A stretch of DNA of 32,000 nucleotides from Candidatus Saccharimonadota bacterium (GTDB lineage: Bacteria; Patescibacteriota; Gracilibacteria; BD1-5; UBA2023), in the NCBI GenBank assembly GCA_042852035.1, contig BAAFHK010000001.1:390001-422000 (forward strand), in the 5' to 3' direction. The stretch's first letter is position 1; each line of letters begins with the position of its first letter. A program made the position numbers and the translations under genes. This document shows, one piece after another, positions 20,931-31,574 of this stretch. Below the pieces are notes generated by a model that was not told where the DNA came from, made no database searches, and saw only the letters and a program-made list of their open reading frames with translations.

Positions 20931-21566
20931 ATGAAACTGACTCATCACCTCATAACGAACCGACGCTGATTTACACTGGTAGAACTTATTATAGGTATGA
21001 CCATTTTTGTCGTTTGAATGACTGCTATTCTTACACTCCTAAATTCAGCCGTAAGCTCATCACAGCGATCTAAAAATGAAATCATCGCTGCAAATATTCT
21101 CCGTGAACAAGTTGAACTTGTAAAAAATATACGAAATACAAATGTACGAAGTTTTGCACTTTGGTCTAGCTGAATCGTGCCAAATCTCTATACAATTGAA
21201 AATGACTACTCAAATTCACTGACCACGTATACAAATGGAATTCCTACCTCTTGACCTGTAAAAATGACCACGAGCACTATTTTGCAAACCGATTGACTGA
21301 AGGATAGATTTGAAAAGGCTCGCCTCTATATCGATGATAAATGAAGGTTTACTCACGCTATAACATCCACCGGGTCAAATATTGCATCCTACATTACAAT
21401 AACTCCTTTGCAATTTAGTCGACCTGCGTGAACTCCTCTTGTTCTCGAGCCAAAAGATAGAGACGGAAACAATCAATGATATATTCTTGATGCTCGAGTA
21501 ATTATAAACTCAAGTGGATTTAGAGAATATGATCTTAAGACTGTTATTACAGACTGGCAAAAATAA
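20931..21566 (+). CDS. Prepilin-type minor pilin / pseudopilin
   Basis: The motif is NRR-G-FTLVELII-G-MTIFVV, with the cleavage-site glycine encoded by TGA. Length 211 aa, stop TAA 21564-21566. Confidence 0.75.
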
Positions 21567-21568
21567 CT

Positions 21569-22234
21569 ATGAAACTCTCAAAGAATACATCTTGATTTAC
21601 TCTTGTTGAGCTTGTTCTCTCAATGACAATTTTTGCTGTCATGATGACAACAATAATCTCAATATATATTCAAACCACAGCCTTAAGCTATCGACTCAAG
21701 GCAGCGAGATATCTATCTGAAACAGCAAGAGAAATAACCGAAAAGATTTCTGAAGATGTAAAGGAGTATGGTATGACCTGATCAACGTTAGTAAGTGCGT
21801 ATTCGCCTTGGAGTACCCTTAATTATTCTGACTGAAATGAAATTCTCGGTATCGGTGATGGAAATAAAAAATATATCTATTGAATAAAAGAGTTGGTAGG
21901 TCCAAATTGGACGATTAATCCATGTAATGACCCAAGAAAATCTGACCCAAGAGAACACTGCTGACTTTATGAAGTTATCGGAAGTTCAGCGCAATCATAT
22001 CAAGATGCATATAATCTTGTTGATAGTTTTATCCCTGAGGAATCAAAGAAAAGAGTAAAAGTTAAGGATCTGCGTTTTTATATATCATGAGATGGGATAA
22101 GAACTGAAAAAAAAGTTACTCTCGTACTTACTCTTGCTCTTATGCCCCGGATTTGAGTACCAAAGCTTTCAGTTGATAACAGCACCCTCTCCCTCCAAAC
22201 AACTATAACGGCACGAACATTTCAAAAAAACTAA
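21569..22234 (+). CDS. Prepilin-type minor pilin / pseudopilin (GspJ/PilW-like size)
   Basis: The motif is KNTS-G-FTLVELVLSMTIFAVMM. Length 221 aa, stop TAA 22232-22234. Confidence 0.7.
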
Positions 22235-22235
22235 T

Positions 22236-23201
22236 ATGTATAGCTCTCCTATTACATCAAAGAAGGGATTCTCGATACTAATAGCACTGGGATCAATTTG
22301 AGTGCTCATGATTATTGTTATTGGGATGGTACAAGTTTTTCTTACGGAGATGAGACTTTCGAGATATCAATATGATTATATCCTTGCAAATGAACAAGTG
22401 GAATGAGCATTTGAATATGCTATGCTCAAAGTAGGTAATCACCGTGATGGTTTTCAGGATGAGGTAACTGAATCTGATCTTGATCAAATACTTTTCTCCT
22501 GAGCAACTGATAGAACCACTAATAATAAAATTACCTACCATATTTATGCTCAAACATGAAATTTGAGGGAAACTATCCTTCCATGAGACTACCTCATCTT
22601 TCCATTATTTTCTGGGGATGATGACTATATAGTTAGCGGAAAACCTTCGAAAATCCCAAATATAAATACCTGAAGTACTATCGTGGATAATTTTCGAATG
22701 TCTCTCTCAATGACGCCAGAAAATATATATTGGAGCATTATTGCCATGAGCGGTTCTCAAAATGTAAGTCTTTCATGAACCTGAGAAATTAATGGTACTG
22801 AAAAAGGTTTAAGCAGATTAATATGAGTGGAGTGTATCGATAACGCTGGAAATAGCGTTGCTCCGATTGATAATTCCTGCCCTCCAGCAATTATTTCGGC
22901 GGGCTGAGAGGCATTACAGTATTTTTTTGATCAAGAAAGTACGGTAGAAGATTTTCTTAAAGTACATGGAGTATGAGTCAATGCTCGACAGGTTCAAGAT
23001 CCATACTTTCTCGTATTTAATAAATGAGCCAACCCTGTTAATCTCCTTATCCAATCAAATGCATCAACTCCATTTGCCCTGCAAAATCTTACCATAGTTG
23101 TTGAGGCAAAGAAAGGAAAAGCAATACAAACTATTCGATTCAATTCAGATAAAAGTAAATATTATGATGGGCTCAAATATTCACTTTATGACACTCAATA
23201 A
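22236..23201 (+). CDS. Minor pilin lacking Glu5 (GspK/PilX-like)
   Basis: The N-terminus is SKKGFSILIALGSI-G-VLMIIVIGMV. It has the pilin-like hydrophobic helix without the conserved Glu. Length 321 aa, stop TAA 23199-23201. It is the last gene of the operon. Confidence 0.55.
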
Positions 23202-23202
23202 T

Positions 23203-23224
23203 AAAAGCGGTATAAACCGCTTTT
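23203..23224. terminator. Bidirectional terminator between the pilus operon and dnaB
   Basis: A 9-bp stem aaaagcggt (23203-11) / accgctttt (23216-24) with the 4-nt loop ataa. It has A/T-runs on both sides and lies between convergent genes. Confidence 0.65.
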
Positions 23225-23225
23225 A

Positions 23226-24572
23226 TTATTCCATATCAAAGTCACCATCTCGAGTTCGTTCAATCTCATAGAACTTTTGATGTTGCTTTTCAAATTTTAA
23301 GTCAACCTGGCCCGTTGGTCCATTTCTGTTTTTTCTTATGAAGATATTTGTTACATTTGGTGTTTCAGAGAATTCATTGTAATAATCATCACGATAGAGC
23401 ATAAGAATAATATCAGCATCTTGCTCAATGGCTCATGATTCTCTTAAATCTGACATTACAGGCCGCTTATCTGGTCGTGCCTCAAGCGCACGGGAGAGCT
23501 GTGAAAGAGCAATAACTGGAACATCAAGCTCTCGGGCGAGACTTTTAAGCCCTCGAGAGATTTCAGAGACTTCTTGAACACGATTCATGCTATTTCAACT
23601 CGAAATAAGCTGAAGATAATCGATAACTATAAGATCAAGTCATGATTCCATTTTCAGTCTTCTTGCTTTTGATTTAAGTTCAAGTATTCATGCTCAAGCA
23701 GGGGAGTCATCGATATAAATCTTTGCTTCTGAAAGCTTCTCAAGAGCATCACCCATTCGTGCAAATTCATCTTCTGAAAGTTTTCCTTTTTGAAGTTTCC
23801 AACTATCCACAGCCATTGATGCGGCTATCATACGATCTGTAAGCTGCTCTTTGGACATTTCGAGGGAAAATATTGCAACATTTTTCCTCTTTTCTCATAC
23901 ATTCTGAGCAAAGTTTAGTGCTATAGCTGTCTTACCCATACTCGGACGAGCTGCGATAATAATAAGGTCACCCCGCTTAAATCATCAGAGTTTATAATCA
24001 AATCAAGCATATCAAGTAGATACACTATTTGCTTGAACAAGTTCTGGATCAGCATGAATTGCAGCAAATTCTTCATAGCGAGCATTCAAAATATCTTTTA
24101 TATGAACGAGCTTATTCTGGATAAAGGTCTGAGTTACTGCAAAAAGTCATTTTTCAGCCTTCTCAAGAAGCTCATTTATTTCCGAAATTTCATCAAAGCC
24201 TATTTGTGTTATTTCAGATCATGCCCGAATAAGCTTTCTGAGTACTGATTTATTTTTTACAATTTGAGCATACTGAAAGATATTTGCACTTGTAAAAACT
24301 GAAGTCATAAGATCTGCAAGAAATGCATCTCCCCCTATAGAATCAAGTTTCTTCTGGTCATCTATAGATTCCCTAACAGTAAGGGAATCTATAGGCTTAT
24401 TTCGGGTATATAATTCAATCATTGCCCCGAAAACAATAGCATGAGCAGGTTCATAAAAGTCTTCAGGAGCTAAAATACTTGCAACTTGAAGCATGCCATC
24501 CTTATCAATAAGGATTGATCCAAGTACGCCGCGTTCAGCCTCGAGTGAATGTGGTGGGGTGGTGAGTGACAG
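23226..24572 (-). CDS. dnaB: Replicative DNA helicase DnaB
   Basis: The N-terminus is [23 protein letters not shown]. Further motifs are Walker [53 protein letters not shown] and KNRNGPTG. Stop is TAA 23226-23228. The start is uncertain: no ATG, GTG or TTG lies upstream of the conserved N-terminal motif. I placed it provisionally at CTG 24570-24572; the first ATG is at 24494. Confidence 0.85.
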
Positions 24573-24590
24573 ATTTATAAAATTTATTAA

Positions 24591-25865
24591 TTATAATTGT
24601 TTTTCTCAAAAATTTCCAGCAAGCTCATCTTCAGTAACTAGCTTCGAAATAAGATCAATAATTTCTTGGTTATACGGGGTAAGATTCTTTAGTTTTATAA
24701 GGGTTTCTATCGCTCATCTTCTCTCTCCTTTTGTGATTTGAGATTGTGAATAAAGCCAGAGAATTTCTGGATTTTTTGGATATTGCTTTAAGTATAACTT
24801 TGAATAAGCATATACATCGTCTGTAAGACCCAATTCTGATGCAATATGGGAAAGAGTATAGAGGATCTCTTCGGTCTCTCATGATAAGGAGAGAATCTTT
24901 TTATAGATTTCATACGACACCTCGAATTTTCTCTGCATAGCAACTACCGTTGCAAGATGCGTAAGTATTTCAACATCATTTGAGTCATTTTCAGCAAGCT
25001 CTTTGAGAACGAATTCTGCCTTTTCAAATGCATGATCTCTTTCGTAGAGCCCAGCCATGAGAAGATTCAAATCTCTATTTGATTTCTCAAGAGAGAGTCA
25101 GTTCACTATGAGTGCACGAGCTTCATCAATATGTCATCTTGCAATAAGGGTTTTTGCATTGTTGACAATCTCAAGGACTTTTTCTTTTTTTTCTGGAGAT
25201 AGGGGAGTACGTTTTTTTGTTTCTTTTAGGAATTCATCATCATGACTTTTTTCCTTTTTTGAATGATTTAAATGGTTCGATTTTTTGTTTTCAGTATTGG
25301 CTTCTATAGCATTTTCCTGTACTGCCTTCTCAGCCTCATGAGGTTCTTGGTTATTATTTATTTCCTCAATACTCTTTCACTCAAGTGAGTCTGAGGCAAG
25401 GAATTCAGGAGATCCTTCACTAACATCCGTTGATTCTTCTATATGTGAATCATTAACCGAATTTTCTCAGTTTATCTCCGTTATTGAGTCTATAGATAGA
25501 GAAGCTTCTTCTAGTTTAATATCATTTTCATTAAATGAAGCATCTCAGGTTAGATTTATTTGAGATTCATCTTCTATTACTCATTTATTTTCAGTATCTA
25601 AGTTTTCTTGAGTTGAGTTCTCAACATTTTTTAGTTCATCATCAATTGTTTCGAGTGTAATTGCGGGAGTTTGAATACTATTAGAATCATCTTTGGTTTC
25701 AATAGAATTTTGCTCTGTGTATGCTTTTCTTGGATAAAGTTCTCTATATTTTTGCTTCACCCACACAGTGGCATCATATATAAGAAAAAGGAGGATGATT
25801 CAAAGACAAAAGAAAACAATAATAGCTTCAACTGAGGCACTATGATTCAAAAAAAGGAAATCCAT
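24591..25865 (-). CDS. Membrane-anchored TPR-repeat protein with a long acidic low-complexity linker
   Basis: It runs from ATG 25865 to TAA 24591-24593 (424 aa); I hand-checked every codon in 25070-25865. It has an N-terminal TM helix (AIIVFFCL-G-IILLFLIY), an Asp/Glu/Ser/Asn-rich segment of about 190 aa, and C-terminal TPR-like helices (AKTLIAR-G-HIDEARALIVN-G-LSLEKSNRDLNLLMAGLYERDHAFEKAEFVLKELAEND...). Confidence 0.6.
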
Positions 25866-25983
25866 AGATTATACTAAAAGCGAGTTTTATAGTAAGAGGA
25901 AGCACAATTTTAACGTTGTCTAGCATATGAAGATTACTAAATTTTGCAAACGAGAAATGGAATTTTTCTTTTTAAAAAAAGAT

Positions 25984-26011
25984 TTGCATTTCTTAATGCT
26001 TGTTATATAAT
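25984..26011 (+). promoter_or_regulatory. Sigma70-like promoter of rplS
   Basis: TTGCAT (25984-89), a 16-nt spacer, then TATAAT (26006-11). It lies about 28 nt upstream of the rplS ATG. Confidence 0.55.
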
Positions 26012-26038
26012 CCACCGCGTTTCACGTTATTTTTCTTT

Positions 26039-26401
26039 ATGGACTCTACACTCTTACAAGCAATTCAAGCAAGCACTCAAACTACTCCACAGAACGACCA
26101 AGACCTAAGAACAGGTATGGAAGTTGAAGTTCACCAAATAATAAAAGAAGGTGATAAGGAGCGTACACAAACATTCAAAGGGATTATCATCTCTATGAAA
26201 GGAAAGACTTCCCTTGATAAAGTCATCACTGTCCGTGCGGACGTAGATGGTATCGGGATAGAAAAGATTTTCCCTGTTAATTCCCCTTATGTAGCGAAAA
26301 TAGTAGTATTACGTCAATTTAAGGTTCGACGAGCTAATATTGGATACATAAGAGAACTTACTGGAAAGGCAGCTCGTCTAAAAGAGATTAAGTCAAAATA
26401 A
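26039..26401 (+). CDS. rplS: 50S ribosomal protein L19
   Basis: The sequence ...LRTGMEVEVHQIIKEGDKERTQTFKGIIISMKG...ITVRADVDGIGIEKIFPVNSPYVAKIVVLRQFKVRRANIGYIRELTGKAARLKE carries the classic L19 signature. I placed the start at ATG 26039; the track's longer ORF starts at a non-ATG codon. Length 120 aa with no TGA codon. Confidence 0.9.
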   Translation: MDSTLLQAIQASTQTTPQNDQDLRTGMEVEVHQIIKEGDKERTQTFKGIIISMKGKTSLDKVITVRADVDGIGIEKIFPVNSPYVAKIVVLRQFKVRRANIGYIRELTGKAARLKEIKSK

Positions 26402-26403
26402 TA

Positions 26404-26427
26404 AAAGGCTCCTTTGGAGCTTTTTTT
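26404..26427 (+). terminator. Rho-independent terminator after rplS
   Basis: The stem is aaaggctcc / ggagctttt (one G-U pair) with the loop ttt, followed by a T7 run. Confidence 0.6.
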
Positions 26428-26731
26428 AATTCAATTTAAAAATTTTACATGCTAAATCTTACGAATATTTAGCTTTAATTTTTTATAAAAAAATAAGTAC
26501 CTTGTTACGAGTAAAAGTTCACATTTTGAGCTTGATTTTTTCGTGAAGCAGCTGTGAAGAGAGTTAGAGGATTTTCTGTTCAAATAGGGTATACGGGACT
26601 CTCTGTCAAATGTTTTTTTTCTTTTGACTTCAGTTAAAAAAAGGATAAAAAGACATTCACAAATATGGAGTATAAGTATATTTATAGAGCGAAAAGTAGA
26701 AGTGTCTAGTGTTCCTTCCTCCTTCAATTTT
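26421..26731. other. Candidate chromosomal replication origin (oriC) upstream of dnaA
   Basis: The 330-nt gap lies directly upstream of dnaA. It has an extremely AT-rich tract (about 26421-26497) followed by four copies of a TTCAC(A/G) core in both orientations (26516-21, 26542-47, 26553-58, 26656-61). These match the relaxed DnaA box TTWTNCACA at 6-7 of 9 positions. Gene orientation flips nearby: dnaB and the TPR gene are on the minus strand, while rplS, dnaA, rsmI and trhO are on the plus strand. Confidence 0.45.
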
Positions 26732-28156
26732 ATGTCTCAAATTTTCACATTTTCCGACCTTGAATCAGCAATGCGTAATATTGCGAGTTCTATTCGAAAA
26801 CAAGATTTTCTTACCTACTTCAAAAAGTTTTCACTTGTTAATGCAAATGAAACTTCCGTTGTACTCGGAGTTGTTTCGGGATTCCACCGTGATAACTTAA
26901 TGAAGAAGTTTATAGTAGAGATAGAAAAAGCGATCAGAGAAATTCGCCCTTCTATCAATACTATAGAAATCACTGTTGATGAAGAGATGGAAATGAAATG
27001 ATCTGAGTGTGTAATCGAATGTAAGGGTCTCCTAAAAGAAACTGAAAAAACTCTTAAAAAGCAACAAGTAGAGTGAGTTGAAATCGTTGAATGATTGAAT
27101 AGCCGACTTATAAGTGATCGCTATAGACTCGATAATTTTATTATCTGACCCTCTACTCAGCTTGCTCATGCTGCCTGTGAAGCGGTATCAAGAAAGCCTG
27201 GTGGATCGTATAATCCACTCTATCTATATTGAAATGTTTGACTCGGAAAAACTCACCTCCTCCAAGCGAGTGCTAATCTCATCCGAGAAAAACACAAAAA
27301 CCTTAAGGTTATTTATACTACGGCAGATCGTTTTCTAACGGATTATGTTGCGAGTATAAAATGAAGATCTATCGATAAACTGAGAGAAAAATATAGACAG
27401 ATTGATGTTCTTGTAATAGATGATGTTCAGTTTCTTGCAGGAAAAAAGCAAACTCAAGAAGAACTCTACAATATATTTAATATCCTTTACGAAGCTGGAA
27501 AACAAATTATTTTATCTTGAGATCGCCCCCCAAAGGAGCTTACCGAGCTAGAGCCTCGACTCCAGAGCAGATTTGAATGGGGAATAACCGTAGATATCGG
27601 CGAGCCCGATTATGAAACTCGCCTCGCTATTATTCAGGAAAAATCAAGAGCCAGAGAGTTTATTCTTGAGCAAGAAGTTGCTGAATTTATCGCAGAAAAT
27701 GTAACCAATAATGTCCGTGAAATTGAATGAGTACTCAATCAGATTATAGCCGAATATGATCTAAGAAATACTCCTCCAACACTTGAAAATGTCGCCTTCA
27801 GGCTCTCTAAGCTTGCAGTGAGATCAATTACTCAGACGCTAACTGAAAGTCGATCTATACGACCTGGAAACTGTGGTTACGAAGATCTTTTACAAGCTGT
27901 ATCCTGACACTTTGGTATAGAGATACGAACACTTCTTTCTGAAGATAGAAAAAAAGAAAATATGATTCCACGACAGGTTGCTATGTATCTTCTAAAAAAT
28001 CGACTTCACTATACTTACGAACGTATCTGAAACATATTTTCTTGAAGAAACCATACAGCAGTAATGTATTCCTGCAAAAAATTAGAAGAAGTAATGAAGA
28101 AGGATCAACAGGTGGTCTACGAGGTGAACATTATCCGAGATAAACTCTGAATTTAG
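26732..28156 (+). CDS. dnaA: Chromosomal replication initiator protein DnaA
   Basis: Motifs are Walker [93 protein letters not shown], and in domain [10 protein letters not shown]...[19 protein letters not shown]. Length 474 aa, stop TAG 28154-28156. Confidence 0.93.
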
Positions 28157-28170
28157 TTGCAATATAAAAA

Positions 28171-28200
28171 AAACTTTCTAGACTAATAGAAAGTTTTTTT
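28171..28200 (+). terminator. Hairpin plus T-run between dnaA and rsmI
   Basis: The stem is aaactttct (28171-79) / agaaagttt (28188-96) with an 8-nt loop. A T-run follows and ends at 28200, directly abutting the rsmI ATG at 28201. Confidence 0.5.
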
Positions 28201-28863
28201 ATGCTTTCTATCGTATCAACCCCCATCTGAAACCTTGAAGATATAACACTTAGAGCTTTGAGAATTCTAAAAGAAGCTGATTATATTGCTTGCGAGGATA
28301 CTCGTATGACTGGACAATTACTCCAGCATTATCAAATAGAAAATAACGGTCGACTCCTCTCATTTCATTCACACTCATGATTTTCAAAGCTCGATAAGAT
28401 CATCGACCTTCTCAAGACAGGGAAACATGTAGCCCTCGTATCTGACGCTGGAACTCCTTGAATAAGTGACCCTTGATTTGTATTAATAAAGAAAGTAATT
28501 GAAGAGGGAATGGAGGTTACACCTGTTCCTTGAGCTTCAGCTGTTCTTTCGGCTCTTGTTGCAAGCGGTATTGATTGCCATCAGTACCTCTATCTCTGAT
28601 TTTTACCCGTGAAAAAATGACGACAAACACTTCTAAAGTCTCTTAAAGTTAAAGAATATACTGTTGTCGTCTACGAATCTGTTCATAGGATTGAAAGAAC
28701 ACTTGAAGAACTTGAAGCATATCTCTGATCTGATCATTATATCGTTATCGGGAGAGAGATTACCAAAAAATTCGAAGAATTTAAGAGAGGGACGATAAGT
28801 GAAGTGAGAAAATACTATTCTGAATGATGAAAGGTAAAAGGAGAGTTTGTGCTTGTATTTTAA
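28201..28863 (+). CDS. rsmI: 16S rRNA (cytidine1402-2'-O)-methyltransferase RsmI
   Basis: Motifs are [79 protein letters not shown] and VVYESVHRI. Length 220 aa. Confidence 0.85.
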
Positions 28864-28929
28864 TGATTCTATTTATAATCCAAGTGTCCGAACAACAATT
28901 CGCACATTTATTTTTTCGCAACAACGAAT

Positions 28930-30042
28930 ATGATTTCCCAACTTAACGCTCGTCATAAGCCAAAATACAGTCTTTTAACATTCTATAAATTTATTGATAT
29001 TCCCGAGAAAGAGTTAGAGTCTCTGGCTCAAGAACATTTAGATTTTGCTCGCGATATTGGTTTAAAATGACGTGTTTACATCGGAACGGAATGAATCAGC
29101 TCTACGGTGACAGGAAATCAGGGTCAATGCTGGGCCTATAAAAAATTCCTTGAGAATTCAAAATATTTCCAAGACATTCCTGATATTGATGAAAAATCTA
29201 CTCCAGTTGAAGATCATCAATTCCCAAGAATGAGCGTAAAGATACGAAATGAAATAGTTACCCTCTGAGTAAAAGTTACCGCGGATCAGGTAAAAAAATA
29301 CAAAAGGGAGCTATCTCCTGAGGAATTTAAGAAAATAATTGATGAGGATAAGTCTGATGAATATTTAATCCTTGATATGAGAAATGACTATGAGTATCGA
29401 CTTTGACACTTTAAGGGCGCCATACCTGCAGGTACAGTAAACTTCCGAGAAGTTCCAAAACTTCTGGAACAATACTGAAAGGCAGCAAAAGGAAAAAAAA
29501 TTATCTGGTATTGCACATGAGGGATACGCTGTGAAAAAGCGGCAGTGTTATGAAATCAAATCGGAAGTACTGAATTTTATTCTATTGAATGAGGGATTGT
29601 TAAATATGTTAATGCTTATAATGACTGAAATTGGCTTGGAAATCTCTATACATTTGATGGGAGAGTCTCAACTCAAGTTGGTGATGAAAATACTCATACC
29701 ACAATTTGAGAATGCCTTTACACATGAGAAAAAACCGATAATTGCGAAAATTGTCGATATGCGCCCTGTAATGCACGTCTTATCTGTACTGAGAAAGCAT
29801 ATAAAAATCACCTCTGATTCTGTTCAGAAGAATGCTATAAAAATGCACGTCAAGATGGTCTAATAAAAAATATGAGTTGGGATAAATTTGATTATCTTGG
29901 TCTCGGTAGGGTGTGGAGACTTGATTGATCAAAAAAGGATTGAATCATCAATGAAATTCAACAACATCTCGATCAGAAACTCGGAAAAATCGAATGGAAA
30001 AACAAGGTTTCACAAAAAGAAGAGGAAATACTCGAGTGCTAA
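28930..30042 (+). CDS. trhO: Rhodanese-domain tRNA uridine(34) hydroxylase TrhO (YceA/YbfQ, UPF0176) with a Cys-rich C-terminal region and an extended tail
   Basis: Motifs are FYKFIDI, RVYIGTE-G-ISSTVTG, LDMRNDYEYRL-G-HFKGAI, WYCT-GG-IRCEKA and FYSIE-GG-IVKY, followed by a CxxC/CxxxC-rich segment. Length 370 aa, stop TAA 30040-30042. Track ORF 29531-29863 is out of frame with it. Confidence 0.8.
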
Positions 30043-30095
30043 TTATAGAATAATAAATTGCAACTTTTAATTGATTCTGATACTGTATATGTATC

Positions 30096-31574
30096 ATGAG
30101 TCTTGTCTGACAACTTCATCCACATTACGGAAAAAATGATATCGTTTGAGTTCATCGAGATACCGATCTTGTGCTTGCTTTATTTCGCGAACACCCAGAA
30201 GTAAGTCAATTTAGAGATAAAGTTGTATGAATATTAGCACAAAATCCAGAAAAATGAACTCACTTGCGCAATAGGCTCCAAGAAGCATATGGCGATATGG
30301 GAAAGCCATCAATACAAGAAATAAGCGATATTGATGCCCATAACCTTTCTTGAGTTGATAAATTACATTTTACCTATCAAAATCTTTTAGCATTTCGCTA
30401 CTTCGCACAAAGATATCCAGTAGCTGCAACTGAAATATTTCTACGAAATATAAAAGAAATTCTCACAGAATATTGACTGAATGAAGCTAAAATAGTATCT
30501 ATCTGACAAAGTGTTTGAGAGGTAACCTGAGAAGACTTTTGATGAACACTAGAAAATCTTAAAACCCATGTTGAGAGAATTGCTTTTCTTGAATGATGTA
30601 TTGAAAGGGGGATATTTCTCAGTGAGATTATTGAGCATGCACAATACCAGAGGGATAAACTTAAAAAAGAACGTGAAGCCTCTTTTGAATACTGGGATTA
30701 CAATAATATTGTAGTTCTCGCTCAAACACGAAAAAGGTGACTTAATAGAGGTAATGACTGAGGGAAATCATTCTCGCTTTCATGATGATCAGGGAATGCA
30801 TTAACACAACTCAGTATAATCTCTAAATATATAGAAAGTGGATGACATATACGATCCATATCATGAACAAGTCTTTGATCTACTATAGCTGTTTTAGTGG
30901 GTAGTATTTGAGATAATCGACAAAAAATGGAGCAACTTATGCAAGATATCCAATCTATGAATGAGCTCTGAGAAATTCCAAAAGATCTGAGAAGCTCAAA
31001 GAATCAAAAGGCATTTTTATCGACACTTAAAAGACTTCTCTTGAGATATTGAATCAATGATAAAACAAGGTTTTCGGATCTAAAAATTCCGGTAGTTATA
31101 AATGCCTGAAGACAATCAGGAAACCTAAGTGAACAAGAGATAGTTCTTTGATGAAATGAGCTTGTTATAGATTCTATAATGGCTTCTATGAATGTTCCAA
31201 TTGGATCAAAGAATATTGGAAAGTTTTGATGAACCAAAGTTCATTGAGTACCAATGATTGATTATGCTGCAAATGAACGCTGAAATCCTACCCACTGGCT
31301 TGAGCTTTTAGGAGAAGCACAAAAAAATATAGTTGCCATCGATGTGGGATACTCATCAGAAAGAGGATGAAGCCCTCTGGTAAGAAGATTATTCCAAAGA
31401 GCGACTATAAGGGATTTTTATGCAAAAATGCGCATAGCTACGAATGGAGGAATAGTAATAGACGCACCACTAGAATCTAAAGAATGATATTTATTCCCTC
31501 CTTGAGCTATTGAGAGGTTTTATAAGATTGGGGAAGAGCTCTATAAAAAATTTTTTAACGAGCAAGTCGAATAA
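30096..31574 (+). CDS. Patatin-like phospholipase domain protein with an N-terminal helical domain of about 200 aa that I do not recognise
   Basis: It runs from ATG 30096 to TAA 31572-31574 (492 aa) with about 40 TGA codons. The patatin blocks appear in order: LS-GG-SGNAL (oxyanion-hole-like), IS-G-TSL-G-S (GxSxG nucleophile elbow), MASMNVP (ASxxxP) and PMIDYAANER-G-NP (Asp block, DYA instead of DGA/DGG). Confidence 0.6.

Noticed and set aside
26452-26727. 91-aa minus-strand ORF in the dnaA upstream gap
   Set aside because: It is Lys/Leu/Phe-rich low-complexity sequence produced by an AT-rich intergenic region. It overlaps the rplS terminator side and the candidate oriC. It has no motif and no plausible start context.
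29531-29863. 110-aa plus-strand ORF from the track
   Set aside because: It is out of frame with trhO. The trhO frame carries CT-GG-IRCEK, IE-GG-IVKY and the Cys-rich C-terminal region across the same bases.
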